Source: a virus
Direction: 5' to 3' (one strand)
IMG/VR virus record: IMGVR_UViG_3300040807_002082
Coordinates: 13,681 to 77,680 of that record
DNA length: 64,000 nt
The stretch's first letter is position 1; each line of letters starts with the position of its first letter. Positions 1 through 10,707 of this stretch are shown one piece after another. The notes below the pieces were generated by a model. The model ran no database searches, was not told the DNA's origin, and worked only from the letters and a program-made list of their open reading frames with translations. A program made the translations under genes and the position numbers.

Positions 1-702
1 TTTCTTGAGGTTGTTGACCTTAATGCGTTTACGGTTAAACGAAAAAGCAATTTCAGGAAATGCCATTTGAAGACTGATAAGGCGATCTTCAATCAAAGAA
101 ACAGTATCAAGTTCTGAAAGACTATCAACTTCAAACAAATCAAAGTCAGGAGTAAACCAAACCTCAGTGCCGTTACCTTCTTTAGGAGTATTCTTTTCTC
201 GAATATCCTCAGCGCCATTTTTACATTCAACCGTAAGCATTGTTCCATTTGACCAAGTCTTACCTACAAATTTTGCCGACAAGAAATTAGTTGCCGCAGA
301 ACCGACACCGTTGGTACCAATTGTTACGCGGTTATCATCAAAGCTTGTGCCTGCGTTTACTCTTGTCCATGCAGCAGTTGCTCGTGCAATCTTGCTGTCG
401 GTTGTTTCATCATAAACTAATTCTTGCGGAATGCCACGACCGTTGTCGGATATGGTTACCTTATTATTATCTACGGAAACATTAATCTTGTTTGCGTATT
501 TGAAATTAGTGCGGATTGCCTCGTCAATTGAGTTATCAAGGATTTCGTCAATCATTTTTGACAAAGCAGGCACATACGTTGCGTTTGTCCAAGTACCTAA
601 GACAAACCGCTCAACCTGCTCTCGAGCACTTGAACCCATATACATGCCGATACGCTCACGAACGTGTTGGCGTGCTGTTAAAATTTTGAAATCTTCACTC
701 AA
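1..702 (-). CDS. 39: DNA topoisomerase II large (ATPase) subunit, N-terminal part, runs off window start
   Basis: Manual translation from TTG at 702 (GGAG RBS): MSEDFKILTARQHVRERIGMYMGS...EILDNSIDE...ISDNGRGIP...GTNGVGS (GHKL motifs); absent from the ORF track. Confidence 0.93.
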   Translation of the reverse strand, partial: MSEDFKILTARQHVRERIGMYMGSSAREQVERFVLGTWTNATYVPALSKMIDEILDNSIDEAIRTNFKYANKINVSVDNNKVTISDNGRGIPQELVYDETTDSKIARATAAWTRVNAGTSFDDNRVTIGTNGVGSAATNFLSAKFVGKTWSNGTMLTVECKNGAEDIREKNTPKEGNGTEVWFTPDFDLFEVDSLSELDTVSLIEDRLISLQMAFPEIAFSFNRKRIKVNNLKK

Positions 703-734
703 GGTATCTTCTCCATTTGAGATATTACTAAACC

Positions 735-763
735 ATTCTATACCACTTTTGCGGATATGTCAA
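735..763 (-). promoter_or_regulatory. sigma70-type promoter for gene 39
   Basis: Minus strand TTGACA-17-TAGAAT. Confidence 0.75.
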
Positions 764-766
764 TAG

Positions 767-841
767 TTAAATGAAACCTATCCAATGTGTGCAGTCGTCG
801 CAAGGATCATCGAATTGATAACATCGATAATCTTCTGTCAT
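767..841 (-). CDS. 24-aa Cys-containing peptide MTEDYRCYQFDDPCDDCTHWIGFI
   Basis: ATG with GAGAGG RBS, downstream of a minus-strand TATAAATA, fills the intergenic gap. Confidence 0.5.
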   Translation of the reverse strand: MTEDYRCYQFDDPCDDCTHWIGFI

Positions 842-870
842 TGTACTGACCTCTCGGTATTGTTGTCTCT

Positions 871-882
871 TATTTATAAATA
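871..882. promoter_or_regulatory. Bidirectional T4-type late promoter
   Basis: Palindrome TATTTATAAATA gives TATAAATA on both strands between divergent genes. Confidence 0.7.
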
Positions 883-925
883 GATACTATAACAGATTTA
901 AAAGATTGTCAATAGGAAATATGCA

Positions 926-1411
926 ATGATTACAAATTATTTAGCGCCTACGTCGTTTATCGTCACGGTGTCAAGACTGCCAAAGGTTGAGTTTTTTACT
1001 CAAACCACGTCAATTCCTAGCATCTCAATTAGCCCAGTAACAAACAACACTCCAATCCAAAATTTTTACTCGTCTGGTGACCGTATTGAGTATTCTGATT
1101 TTGACCTTGGGTTTATTGTAGACGAGCGCATGGATAATTATATTGAGGTCCTACGTTGGATGGAAGGACTAGGTTCTCCTGAAACAACTGACCAATACAA
1201 GGACATCGAGAACAGCAAAGATGGCATCACATCAGATATCACAATAACAATTCACAATAGCCACAAGAACCCAAATATTCGAGTTATCTATAAAAATTGT
1301 TTCCCAACTGCACTATCGCAAGTTGACCTCAGCGTCACTTCAACAGACGTAGCATATCCACAGGCAACAGTCACATTTAGGTACGATACGTTCGTAATAG
1401 AACAAATTTAA
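926..1411 (+). CDS. 3: Tail tube terminator/completion protein (gp3-like)
   Basis: NYLAPTSF...LPKVEFF...FIVDERMDNY...CFPTALS...ATVTFRY; T4-like synteny with uvsY/uvsW. Confidence 0.85.
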   Translation: MITNYLAPTSFIVTVSRLPKVEFFTQTTSIPSISISPVTNNTPIQNFYSSGDRIEYSDFDLGFIVDERMDNYIEVLRWMEGLGSPETTDQYKDIENSKDGITSDITITIHNSHKNPNIRVIYKNCFPTALSQVDLSVTSTDVAYPQATVTFRYDTFVIEQI

Positions 1412-1414
1412 CCA

Positions 1415-1443
1415 TTGACATTTTTGTTAAACTGTTGTAGAAT
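1415..1443 (+). promoter_or_regulatory. sigma70-type promoter for uvsY
   Basis: TTGACA-17-TAGAAT. Confidence 0.75.
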
Positions 1444-1474
1444 AGATTATAAAATGATTTAGTGGAGCTACTTA

Positions 1475-1912
1475 ATGAGCACAGATGACATTAGTGAATT
1501 GTGGTCAAAAGACTGTAAGATTGATGAAACAAACCTTGGGCGCGAATCACAACGTATTCCTGAGTTGCACGCAAAGTATTATACCTTATTTTATAGGGAA
1601 GCACTCAAGGTTAAGAAACTTCTACACGATTATAAAGAGCTTGAACACGCAAAGCGTGAGTGGTATGATGGCAGCATGGCTGAAGAAGATTTGAGAGATC
1701 GTGGGTGGAAACCGTTTCAAAAGAAAGTCCTTCGCAACGATCTTGATAAGTATATCCAACAAGATCAAGAAATCATTAACCTAAGTCTTAAAATTGACTA
1801 TCACAAAACAAGAGCAAGTTTTCTTGAAGATATTGTTAAGACAATCCATTCCCGCAATTTCATCATCAAGAACATGATTGATGTGATGAAATTCCAAGCT
1901 GGTGAGTATTAG
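1475..1912 (+). CDS. uvsY: Recombination mediator UvsY
   Basis: W.KD.KID...IPELHAKY...I.SRNFIIKNMID; 145 aa; synteny. Confidence 0.9.
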   Translation: MSTDDISELWSKDCKIDETNLGRESQRIPELHAKYYTLFYREALKVKKLLHDYKELEHAKREWYDGSMAEEDLRDRGWKPFQKKVLRNDLDKYIQQDQEIINLSLKIDYHKTRASFLEDIVKTIHSRNFIIKNMIDVMKFQAGEY

Positions 1913-1952
1913 ATAAATAAACAGTATATAATGCTATACTGGAGACTTTGTC

Positions 1953-3440
1953 ATGGACGTTATCAATGTAGAACCACTTAACGCAGTACATATGAAAATT
2001 GATACTGAATCTGGCGTTAAGATGGAGCTACAAGAATATTTCTCATTTAGACCAACAGGATACCAATTTGTACCTGCATACAAGAATCGTGTGTGGGATG
2101 GTTGGGTACGTTTGTTTTCTCCGTTAAGACCTGTCTTATATGTTGGGTTACTACCGTACTTACGCAAATTTTGCGAGAGTCGAGGATACGAACTAAACGT
2201 CGGTGGCGAAATGTATGCTGAAGAAAACGTGCCTGACAATTATGGATACGAAATTGCAGAAGAAATCAATTGCAAGTTTAAACCTCGCGATTATCAAAAC
2301 GAGTACGTTGTTAATGCAATTCGTAAAAATCGCTCGCTTTCTTTATCTCCAACGTCTTCAGGTAAATCATTAATCATATATTTAATTCAGCAACATTATT
2401 ATCAGGCATATGGACATAGAACACTTATTATTGTGCCAACGATATCATTGGTACATCAAATGGCTGGAGACTTTGTTGATTACGGCTGCACCGACGAGAT
2501 CTACAAGATTCAGGGTGGTGTTGACAAGAATACGAATGCGCCTATTGTTATCTCAACTTGGCAGTCCTTGATTAAACAACCAAAGCAATGGTTTGACCAA
2601 TTCCGCGTTGTCTTAGGGGATGAGGCGCATCAGTTCCAAGCAAAGTCGCTTCAGAAGATTATGGATTCGTTAGTTAATTGTCAATATCGCCACGGGTTTA
2701 CAGGTACCTTGAAGTCAGACGAAAGCAAAACACACCGTCTTGTTCTTGAAGGTTGTTTTGGCGAAGTAAAAAGATACGTCAGTACGAAGGATCTAATGGA
2801 CTCAGGTACAGTTGCCGATTTCAAAGTAAAAGCAATTGTGTTAGGATATGACGACGCAATCAAAAAAGAATTCAGAACAGCATTCCGCAAGATTGCCGAA
2901 CCATCAAAGAAATATCCTGCTGAACGCGAGTTCTTAATCAACAACCATAAACGAAACGTTTTCATTCGTAATTTATTGTGGTCTCTTGAAGGTCAAAACA
3001 ATCTTGTCTTGTTTGATTTGGTTGAGAAACATGGTAAGGTATTGGAACCTCTCCTTCGGAGAGACGATCGTCAATTACATTTTATATATGGTGGAACAAA
3101 AGGTGATGAACGTGAAAGGATTAGAAATTTGATTGAGAACGACCCTGTTAAACAACACAACATTCTTGCGTCTTATGGCGTTTTCTCAACTGGCGTCAAC
3201 CTTAAGAAATTGGATAACGTAATCTTTGCTTCAGGTTCTAAATCTGAAATTAAGGTTCTGCAATCAATAGGACGTACCTTGAGGAAAGGTAATGATGCAG
3301 ACAAAGCGACCCTTTATGATATTACCGATGACTTATCTCACGGGTCTTTTGAAAATTATACTTTAAAGCATTTTAAGAAACGCATTGAAATCTATGGGAA
3401 TGAACAGTTTCCATTCAAGATCTACAATGTTTCAATCTAG
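1953..3440 (+). CDS. uvsW: RNA-DNA/DNA helicase UvsW
   Basis: PRDYQ, SPTSSGKS, DEAH, GFTGT, LQSIGRTLR SF2 motifs. Confidence 0.95.
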   Translation: MDVINVEPLNAVHMKIDTESGVKMELQEYFSFRPTGYQFVPAYKNRVWDGWVRLFSPLRPVLYVGLLPYLRKFCESRGYELNVGGEMYAEENVPDNYGYEIAEEINCKFKPRDYQNEYVVNAIRKNRSLSLSPTSSGKSLIIYLIQQHYYQAYGHRTLIIVPTISLVHQMAGDFVDYGCTDEIYKIQGGVDKNTNAPIVISTWQSLIKQPKQWFDQFRVVLGDEAHQFQAKSLQKIMDSLVNCQYRHGFTGTLKSDESKTHRLVLEGCFGEVKRYVSTKDLMDSGTVADFKVKAIVLGYDDAIKKEFRTAFRKIAEPSKKYPAEREFLINNHKRNVFIRNLLWSLEGQNNLVLFDLVEKHGKVLEPLLRRDDRQLHFIYGGTKGDERERIRNLIENDPVKQHNILASYGVFSTGVNLKKLDNVIFASGSKSEIKVLQSIGRTLRKGNDADKATLYDITDDLSHGSFENYTLKHFKKRIEIYGNEQFPFKIYNVSI

Positions 3441-3465
3441 TATTGTTTTGTTCTCGATAAATCGA

Positions 3466-3493
3466 ATTATAACCTAGTTGAAAGAAATGTCAA
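3466..3493 (-). promoter_or_regulatory. Antisense sigma70-type promoter pointing into the uvsW 3' end
   Basis: Minus strand AAAAAAGTTG-TTGACA-16-TATAAT; same upstream context as the sense promoter at 12920. Confidence 0.6.
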
Positions 3494-3521
3494 CAACTTT
3501 TTTCAGTTAAAGGCAAAAAAA

Positions 3522-4127
3522 TTGTTTATAGACTTTGGGGCAGGATATGATCTGCCAGTAATTGCTAATAAATTCAAACACATACCAGAATTCGAGCAAA
3601 TGGTCGCTATTGATAGAAGACCTGATTTTAGAGATCGATATCCTGAATTCTTTGACCTTATGGACAAGCATTATACAAAGGTTGATAATATGTGGATCAA
3701 GAAGTCAGATCCAGGATTCAAGTTCTATGACTGTTACATACAAGACGATATACGCAATGACATTGACGTCCTTGAGCCGGCTGATGTGTGGAGATGTGTA
3801 TCAACTCTTGAACATGTGTACGATGAGGAAGTTGAAGACTTTATGAAAGGCCTGTTAGCAAAAATTCAACCGTGGTCAAATGGGTATATACATATTGATC
3901 TGACCGATCACCGCAAATACCCACCAGATCCTGATGATTGTTTTTATCATTATGAAAATGAAGAATGGGGTAGAAACAAAGGAAAATACTATACTGGATT
4001 GTATTTAAATAGAATTCGTAAAGAAGAATGGGTTGACATGCTAAGTCAGTGGTTTACATACAGACCCGCGCCAGCTGATAATCACATGTCGCTATCCTGG
4101 GCCAACGTTCGATTAAAAAATGGTTGA
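3522..4127 (+). CDS. Putative class I SAM-dependent methyltransferase
   Basis: N-terminal IDFGAG, STLEHV and IHIDLTDH motifs. Confidence 0.5.
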   Translation: MFIDFGAGYDLPVIANKFKHIPEFEQMVAIDRRPDFRDRYPEFFDLMDKHYTKVDNMWIKKSDPGFKFYDCYIQDDIRNDIDVLEPADVWRCVSTLEHVYDEEVEDFMKGLLAKIQPWSNGYIHIDLTDHRKYPPDPDDCFYHYENEEWGRNKGKYYTGLYLNRIRKEEWVDMLSQWFTYRPAPADNHMSLSWANVRLKNG

Positions 4128-4172
4128 CATTTGAAGAAAATTGGTTATTATTAATTATAGGAGGTACTTTAT

Positions 4173-4679
4173 ATGGCACGCAAACGTAACTATGTTAACA
4201 ACAAAGACTTCCTGGACGCACTAATCGTATACCAAGCCGCTTGTAGGGAGGCAGAAGATCAAGGAGAAAGAACTCCTCGAGTCCCTGACTACATCGGCGA
4301 ATGTATTTACAAGATTGCAACCAGGTTAGCAACTAAACCAAATTTTTCAGGTTATTCGTACAAAGAAGATATGATTAGTGACGGCATTGAAAACTGTCTA
4401 CAATATATTAACAACTTTAATCCTGAAAAATCACAAAACCCATTTGCTTACTTTACTCAAATCATTTGGTACGCATTCCTGCGCCGAATTGCTAAAGAGA
4501 AAAAGCAAATGTACATCCGATACAAGTCATCCCAAAATATGATTGCCCAAGGTAATACATATGATACGATGGCAGGAGAAGAAATTCAGCTTAACCTTTC
4601 TTTAAACGCAGATTATATCAATGACTTTATTAAGGACTTTGAAAATAAACTTGCTAAGGATAAAGAAAAGTCAAAATGA
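4173..4679 (+). CDS. 55: Late-transcription sigma factor gp55
   Basis: NYVNNKDF...NFSGYSYKEDMISDGIENC...NPFAYFTQI. Confidence 0.97.
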   Translation: MARKRNYVNNKDFLDALIVYQAACREAEDQGERTPRVPDYIGECIYKIATRLATKPNFSGYSYKEDMISDGIENCLQYINNFNPEKSQNPFAYFTQIIWYAFLRRIAKEKKQMYIRYKSSQNMIAQGNTYDTMAGEEIQLNLSLNADYINDFIKDFENKLAKDKEKSK

Positions 4680-5737
4680 AAATAGCAATTGTAACCGACA
4701 TGCATATAGGAGTGCGCGGTGATTCGAAGATATTTGCCGACCATCAAGAAAGATTCTTTTCAGAAGTATTTTTCCCTCATTTGGACAAACACAATATTAA
4801 AACTGTATTTGATCTCGGTGACACTTTTGATCGTCGTAAGTATGTTAACTTCGTTTCTTTAAAACGCGGCAAGGAATTCTTCTTTGACCAAATGGAGAAA
4901 CGCGGTATTGAATACCACGCATTAGTTGGAAATCATACAACTTATTATACAAACACAAATGAAGTTAACAGCATGGATCTGTTACTTCGTGAGTACTCAA
5001 ACTTCCACATTTATGAGGATGAAGCAAAAGAGTTGACATTTGGGTCAACTAAGTTTATAATGGTACCATGGATTAACAAAAGCAATGCTGAGAAGATCTT
5101 TGAACAGATTGACTCGTCGGATGCAAATGTTCTTGCAGGACACCTCGAGGTCAAAGGCTTTGAGATGATGAAAGGACAATTGTGTACTCACGGCGTTGAT
5201 ATGAAAAAGTTTGGACAATTTGAACAGGTTTGGTCTGGTCATTTTCACCATCCTTCTCATCACGGCAACATTCGTTATCTTGGCGCACCTTATGAAATGA
5301 CTTGGTCAGACTATCAAGGACGCCGAGGATTCCACGTATTTGATACAGAAACAAGAGAACTTGAAAGAATTGAAAATCCTTTTCAGGTTTTCCATAAAAT
5401 TGAATATGACGACAGTGATATGACTATTGATGACGTAGCAAATCTTGATACCTCAAACATCAGAGATGCGTACATCAAGGTAATTGTAAAGAATCGCACA
5501 AATCCATACATCCATGATTTGTTCCTAAATCGTTTGGCAAATGAAGGTGCAGCTGACGTGAAATCAATTGAGGATACTCTTAACTTTGAAAGCGAAGGCG
5601 TTGAAGATATTCTTGATGAAACTAAGGATACAAAAGAGATCCTACATGGTTACATCGACTCTCTTGAGACCAAGGCAAACAAAGTAAGTATCAAAACAGT
5701 AATTGACGATTTATATAATGAGGCACTAAGCGTATAG
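4676..5737 (+). CDS. 47: Recombination endonuclease subunit gp47 (Mre11/SbcD-like)
   Basis: DMH.G, LGD.FD, GNH, SGHFH metallophosphoesterase motifs. Confidence 0.95.
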   Translation: MKIAIVTDMHIGVRGDSKIFADHQERFFSEVFFPHLDKHNIKTVFDLGDTFDRRKYVNFVSLKRGKEFFFDQMEKRGIEYHALVGNHTTYYTNTNEVNSMDLLLREYSNFHIYEDEAKELTFGSTKFIMVPWINKSNAEKIFEQIDSSDANVLAGHLEVKGFEMMKGQLCTHGVDMKKFGQFEQVWSGHFHHPSHHGNIRYLGAPYEMTWSDYQGRRGFHVFDTETRELERIENPFQVFHKIEYDDSDMTIDDVANLDTSNIRDAYIKVIVKNRTNPYIHDLFLNRLANEGAADVKSIEDTLNFESEGVEDILDETKDTKEILHGYIDSLETKANKVSIKTVIDDLYNEALSV

Positions 5738-7450
5738 ATGAAAATTGTTTTTAAGAAACTGAGTTATAAGAACATCCTGTCCACGGGTAACGCATTTACC
5801 GAAATTGAATTGAACCGCAGGTCAACAACCTTGATTAGTGGAACGAACGGTAGCGGAAAGTCAACTGTACTTGATGCTATCGTATTTGCATTATACGGTA
5901 AAGCATTTCGCAAAATCAATAAGAACCAACTTATTAATTCTATTAATAATAAAGGATTACTTGTTGAAATTGAATTTTCAATTGCTCAAACCGAATACCT
6001 TGTGCGGCGTGGAATTAAACCCAACGTGTTTGAGATTTTTCGTAATGGCACTTTAGTTAATCAAGATGCTGCGGCACGAGACTATCAATCTTATCTTGAA
6101 CAAAACATTCTGAATTTAAATTATAAATCATTTAATCAGATTGTGGTTTTAGGATCGGCAACCTACGTTCCGTTTATGGAATTGCCTGCTCATACGAGAC
6201 GTGAAATCATTGAAGATCTTTTAGATATTCAGGTTTTTAGTACAATGAATACTTTACTTAAAGATAAGGTATCAATGAACAAAGAACAGATATCCGAAAA
6301 TAGTTATCAGCGTGATTTGACTGAAAACAAGATTGAGTCTGCAGAACAACATAACGCGTCAATCCGAAAAATTCGACAGGATGAAGTTGATAAAATTAAG
6401 GAGAAGATGAGTGAGCACATATCAAAGATTGAAACTGAGAAAGCAGAAATTGAAAGCGCTCAGGATGCTATCCAAGAAAAACTCACAACTATTAAAGATA
6501 AAGCGGAAGTTAAAGCAAAACTAGATAAGGCTAAACACCTTCATTCTGAAATCAATGCAACACTTCGCAACTATATGAAGGAACTTGCATTTTACCATGA
6601 TAACGATAACTGTCCTACTTGTAAGCAAGGTATTGAGCATGATTTCAAACAGGCAAAGATTGAAACTGGAGACCAAAAGGTAGCGGAACTTGAGAAAGGT
6701 ATTGCTGACTTGTTGTTGAAAGTAAATGGTTATGATTCAAGACTTGAAGAAATCTCAGCAGTTGAAGATGAGATTGCAGCACTTAACCTGCAAATTAGCG
6801 AGCATAGAGCAACAATTAAAATCTCAAAGAATGCTCTTGTTTCATACAAGGCTGAACTTGATAAGGCTGAAGAAGAAGTCGAGGCTGTTGACCAAACGGC
6901 TCTTAATAAGCTAAAAGAAGCAATGACAAGTTTAAACAAAGATCAGACTGAACTGTTTGACTTTAAAGAAGTACTTGGCGTTGTCTCAACAATCCTTCGA
7001 GATGGCGGTATCAAATCTAAAATCATTGCGCAATATATTCCTGTAATGAATAAGCTTATTAACAAGTATCTGACGGCGTTTGATTTGTTTGTAGATTTCC
7101 AATTGGATGAGAATTTCAATGAGCAAATCAAGTCTAGGTTTCGTGACACATTTTCTTATGCCTCATTCTCTGAAGGTGAAAAGCTACGGATCACATTGAG
7201 CATTATGCTTGCTTGGCGTACTGTTGCTAAATTACGTAATTCAGTATCAACAAACTTGCTTATCCTTGACGAAACACTTGACGGCGCATTGGATGGCGTC
7301 GGTATTGATAACCTAATCGACACGTTGCATAATTTGAATGCTGACGATAACATTTTCGTTATCAGTCACAGAGGAGATCAGTTCGGTGAGAAATTCCACA
7401 GTCACATCCGATTCCAAAAGGTCAAGAACTTTTCAGAAATGGCCGCATAA
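5738..7450 (+). CDS. 46: Recombination ATPase gp46 (Rad50/SbcC-like)
   Basis: GTNGSGKS, CPTC hook, FSEGE signature, LILDE. Confidence 0.96.
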   Translation: MKIVFKKLSYKNILSTGNAFTEIELNRRSTTLISGTNGSGKSTVLDAIVFALYGKAFRKINKNQLINSINNKGLLVEIEFSIAQTEYLVRRGIKPNVFEIFRNGTLVNQDAAARDYQSYLEQNILNLNYKSFNQIVVLGSATYVPFMELPAHTRREIIEDLLDIQVFSTMNTLLKDKVSMNKEQISENSYQRDLTENKIESAEQHNASIRKIRQDEVDKIKEKMSEHISKIETEKAEIESAQDAIQEKLTTIKDKAEVKAKLDKAKHLHSEINATLRNYMKELAFYHDNDNCPTCKQGIEHDFKQAKIETGDQKVAELEKGIADLLLKVNGYDSRLEEISAVEDEIAALNLQISEHRATIKISKNALVSYKAELDKAEEEVEAVDQTALNKLKEAMTSLNKDQTELFDFKEVLGVVSTILRDGGIKSKIIAQYIPVMNKLINKYLTAFDLFVDFQLDENFNEQIKSRFRDTFSYASFSEGEKLRITLSIMLAWRTVAKLRNSVSTNLLILDETLDGALDGVGIDNLIDTLHNLNADDNIFVISHRGDQFGEKFHSHIRFQKVKNFSEMAA

Positions 7451-7455
7451 ATCGG

Positions 7456-7484
7456 TTGACATTTTGTTTCTTTTAGTATACAAT
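7456..7484 (+). promoter_or_regulatory. sigma70-type promoter for gene 43
   Basis: TTGACA-17-TACAAT. Confidence 0.75.
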
Positions 7485-7515
7485 GGTCTATATATGATAC
7501 AGTTAAAGGATATCC

Positions 7516-10050
7516 ATGTCTAAATTCTATACATCGGTTGAACGCTTTATGAATGAGATCCGTTGGCGCGGATATGATAACGGTCGGCCGTTTCAACGTA
7601 AGGTTCGGTTCAAACCAACTTTGTTTGTTCGTGCTCGTGAAAACGCAACGCACAAATCATTGCTAGGCAATATTCCTTTAGGTTCGGTCAAGTTTGATAC
7701 TATGTCCGAAGCAAAGCAATACATTGACCAATACAAAGATGTCCATGGATTTGAGGTTTGCGGCACAAGCAATTACGTGACGCAGTTCATTCAAGAAAAC
7801 TATCCTGACGATATTAAGTTTGATATTACGCAAATCAATATTGCTTCATTTGACATTGAGGTTGACATCAGTAACGGTTATGCCGATATTGATACTGCTG
7901 ATAAAGAAATCACATCAATTGCTTACAAATCTTCAAAGTCTGATACTTATCATCTACTTGGCCGCAAGGATTACGACAAGACGCAAACGGTTACAAGTAT
8001 CAATCCTGAAGATATTCAGTTTATGAAATTTGACACCGAGGAGGCATTACTTCGTCGGTTTATTGATATATGGGTTTACGATTACCCGGATGTTGTTACA
8101 GGATGGAACGTTGAATACTTTGACATTCAGTATATTGTAACTCGTATCATTCGTTTGCTCGGTGAAGAAGCGGCTAAGAAGCTGTCTCCTTGGGGTCAAA
8201 TCACGCAACGATCAAGAACGTTTTTCGGTAAAGAACAGTCAACATATCAGATTTCAGGTATGTCGGTAATTGACTATATGGATGCGTTCAAGAAGTTTGG
8301 TTATAAGTACGGTCCTCAAGAATCGTATAAACTCGACCACATTGCTCACGTTGTCCTTGGTGAAAAGAAATTGGATTACTCTGAATATGGAAACCTTACT
8401 CAGTTGTATGAACAAAATCCTCAGTTATATTTGGACTATAACCTCAAAGATACCCAGCTCATCCAACGCATGGAAGATGAGTCTGGTCTGCTTTCTCTTG
8501 TGCTTACTGTTGCTTACGGCGGAGGTGTTAACTATAATGATGCGTTCGGTACCGTAGGTATTTGGGAAACAACAATCTATCGTCGGTTAATGAAAGATAA
8601 GGTTGTTCCTCACTTAAAAGGTGGTCCTGGTGCTCGAGCTGGTGATCTTGTTGGCGGTTATGTTAAGGATCCTAAGGTTGGTATGCACCCTTGGGTTGTT
8701 TCGTTTGACCTTAACTCACTGTATCCGCACTTGATGTTACAATATAATCTGTCGCCTGAAACGTATGTTGAAAACGAACGTGAATACGTATCCCAAGATA
8801 TGGTACTTGACGGCAAATACCAAAACAACACCGAGTACGCAGTATGTGCTAATGGTGCCTGCTTCAGTAAGGCCAAGGTCGGTATTATTCCTGAAATCAT
8901 TGACGAATACTATAACCGCCGTTCTCTGATTAAGAAAGATATGCTTCGAGTTGAACAAGAAATTGAAAATGAAACCAACCCAATGCGTAAGAAGGCGTTA
9001 CAGGCGCAGCAGGTTCAATTACATAACAACCAAATGGCTATCAAGATTTCTATGAACAGCCTTTACGGTGCAACTGCTAATATTTACTTCTTATACTATA
9101 TTAACGATATGGCTGAAGCGATTACTACTTCAGGTCAGTTATCAATTCGTTATGCTCAAAAATCAGTAAACGCATATCTTAACAAAATCCTTAAGACTGA
9201 TAACAAAGATTACATTATCTATATTGATACTGACTCTATCTATGTTGACTTCGGTCCGTTGGTTGAGGCATCTTTCGGTACTGTTGATATTGACCGTAAG
9301 AAAGGTGAAGAATTCCTTGATAAGGTTTGCTCAACTAAGATTGAAGAAGTAATTGAAAAAGGTTATGTTGAACTTGCTGAACGTATGGGTGCTTATCGCC
9401 AAGCGATGGTAATGAAACGTGAAAAGATTACTGACAAATCTGTATTCATTGCTAAAAAGCGGTACATTATGAATACGCTGAACTCTGAAGGTGTTCATTA
9501 TGAGGTTCCTAAGATTTCGGTAACAGGTCTTGAATCTGTTCGGTCTTCGACTCCTGAGGTTTGCCGTGACAAACTCAAAGAAGCGTTCAAAATTATTATG
9601 AACGAAGGTGAAGACGCAACTCAGGCATTCATTGCTGATTTCAAAAAGGAATTCCGTAATCTTAATCCTGAAGACATCGGTCGTAACAGTGGCACTGACA
9701 ATATTGAAAAGTATCAGAACAAAGGTACGATCTATAAGAAAGGTTGTCCGATGCACGTTCGTGGCGCATTGCTATACAACCATTACCTAAAAGAAAACGG
9801 TTTGGATTCAAGATACGAAACAGTCAAATCTGGTGACAAGATCAAGTTCGTATATTTGAAGGTACCAAATCCGATTCGTGAAAACATTGTCTCGTTTCCT
9901 GGCGCATTGCCAAAAGAAATGAACTTGAATGATTATGTTGACGTTGACTTGCAGTTTGAAAAGGTATTCCTATCTCCACTCGAGTCAATCCTTGAAGCAA
10001 TTGGATGGTCTGCTGAAAAGCAAATGACGTTGGAAGGATTCTTTGGATGA
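7516..10050 (+). CDS. 43: Family B DNA polymerase gp43
   Basis: FDIEV exo [11 protein letters not shown]...NSLYG, YIDTDS, C-terminal clamp-binding QMTLEGFF. Confidence 0.98.
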   Translation: MSKFYTSVERFMNEIRWRGYDNGRPFQRKVRFKPTLFVRARENATHKSLLGNIPLGSVKFDTMSEAKQYIDQYKDVHGFEVCGTSNYVTQFIQENYPDDIKFDITQINIASFDIEVDISNGYADIDTADKEITSIAYKSSKSDTYHLLGRKDYDKTQTVTSINPEDIQFMKFDTEEALLRRFIDIWVYDYPDVVTGWNVEYFDIQYIVTRIIRLLGEEAAKKLSPWGQITQRSRTFFGKEQSTYQISGMSVIDYMDAFKKFGYKYGPQESYKLDHIAHVVLGEKKLDYSEYGNLTQLYEQNPQLYLDYNLKDTQLIQRMEDESGLLSLVLTVAYGGGVNYNDAFGTVGIWETTIYRRLMKDKVVPHLKGGPGARAGDLVGGYVKDPKVGMHPWVVSFDLNSLYPHLMLQYNLSPETYVENEREYVSQDMVLDGKYQNNTEYAVCANGACFSKAKVGIIPEIIDEYYNRRSLIKKDMLRVEQEIENETNPMRKKALQAQQVQLHNNQMAIKISMNSLYGATANIYFLYYINDMAEAITTSGQLSIRYAQKSVNAYLNKILKTDNKDYIIYIDTDSIYVDFGPLVEASFGTVDIDRKKGEEFLDKVCSTKIEEVIEKGYVELAERMGAYRQAMVMKREKITDKSVFIAKKRYIMNTLNSEGVHYEVPKISVTGLESVRSSTPEVCRDKLKEAFKIIMNEGEDATQAFIADFKKEFRNLNPEDIGRNSGTDNIEKYQNKGTIYKKGCPMHVRGALLYNHYLKENGLDSRYETVKSGDKIKFVYLKVPNPIRENIVSFPGALPKEMNLNDYVDVDLQFEKVFLSPLESILEAIGWSAEKQMTLEGFFG

Positions 10051-10304
10051 TTATGAATAACCGTGAAATACTTGAAATTCTAACAATCACAATGGAGGAA
10101 TGCTCTGAGGTGATAAAAGAATGCGCAAAAATCCAAAGATTTGGATTGACAAAAAATCAAGATATGTTAGAATTAGAAATAGGTGATCTAATGTGTATGA
10201 TTGAGATCCTTGAAGAATATGGTCTGATTGATCATGAACAAGTCAAAATGGCCTCAAAAGGTAAAAGAGAAAAACTTAAACAATGGAGTACTTTGAATGT
10301 CTGA
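10047..10304 (+). CDS. MazG-like nucleotide pyrophosphohydrolase
   Basis: EECSEV...ELEIGDL all-alpha NTP-PPase motifs. Confidence 0.7.
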   Translation: MIMNNREILEILTITMEECSEVIKECAKIQRFGLTKNQDMLELEIGDLMCMIEILEEYGLIDHEQVKMASKGKREKLKQWSTLNV

Positions 10305-10707
10305 TTGGGCAAATGATATTATGATGATGCACAACAAGTACGGCGTGCGCGAATGGTTTGAAGCAAATAAAGATAATAAAGAGCTTATGGACAAATACTT
10401 ACGATTCCGCTTGTCTATGTGTAAGGAAGAACTGTATGAAACTATGGATGCAATTGATAACAAAGATCCTGAAGAGGTCGTTGATGGTCTTATTGACCTT
10501 TGCGTTTTTGCTATTGGCACTCTTGATGTATTCGGTGTTGACGCTAATAGTGCTTGGGATCGTGTGTATAGTGCAAATATGGCTAAAAGTCCTGGAGTTA
10601 AAGAAGGCCGTCCTAATCCGTTTGGGTTACCTGACTTAATTAAACCTGAAGGTTGGGAGGCTCCTAATCACGAAGGTAATCATGGCGATATTGCGAAAGC
10701 ATTCTAA
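10297..10707 (+). CDS. All-alpha NTP pyrophosphohydrolase (PRA-PH/MazG-like)
   Basis: KEELYE...EEVVDGLIDL...V.SANMAK...KPEGW..P. Confidence 0.75.
   Translation: MSDWANDIMMMHNKYGVREWFEANKDNKELMDKYLRFRLSMCKEELYETMDAIDNKDPEEVVDGLIDLCVFAIGTLDVFGVDANSAWDRVYSANMAKSPGVKEGRPNPFGLPDLIKPEGWEAPNHEGNHGDIAKAF

Noticed and set aside
167-766. Plus-strand ORFs in the track
   Set aside because: Shadows of the minus-strand topoisomerase gene.
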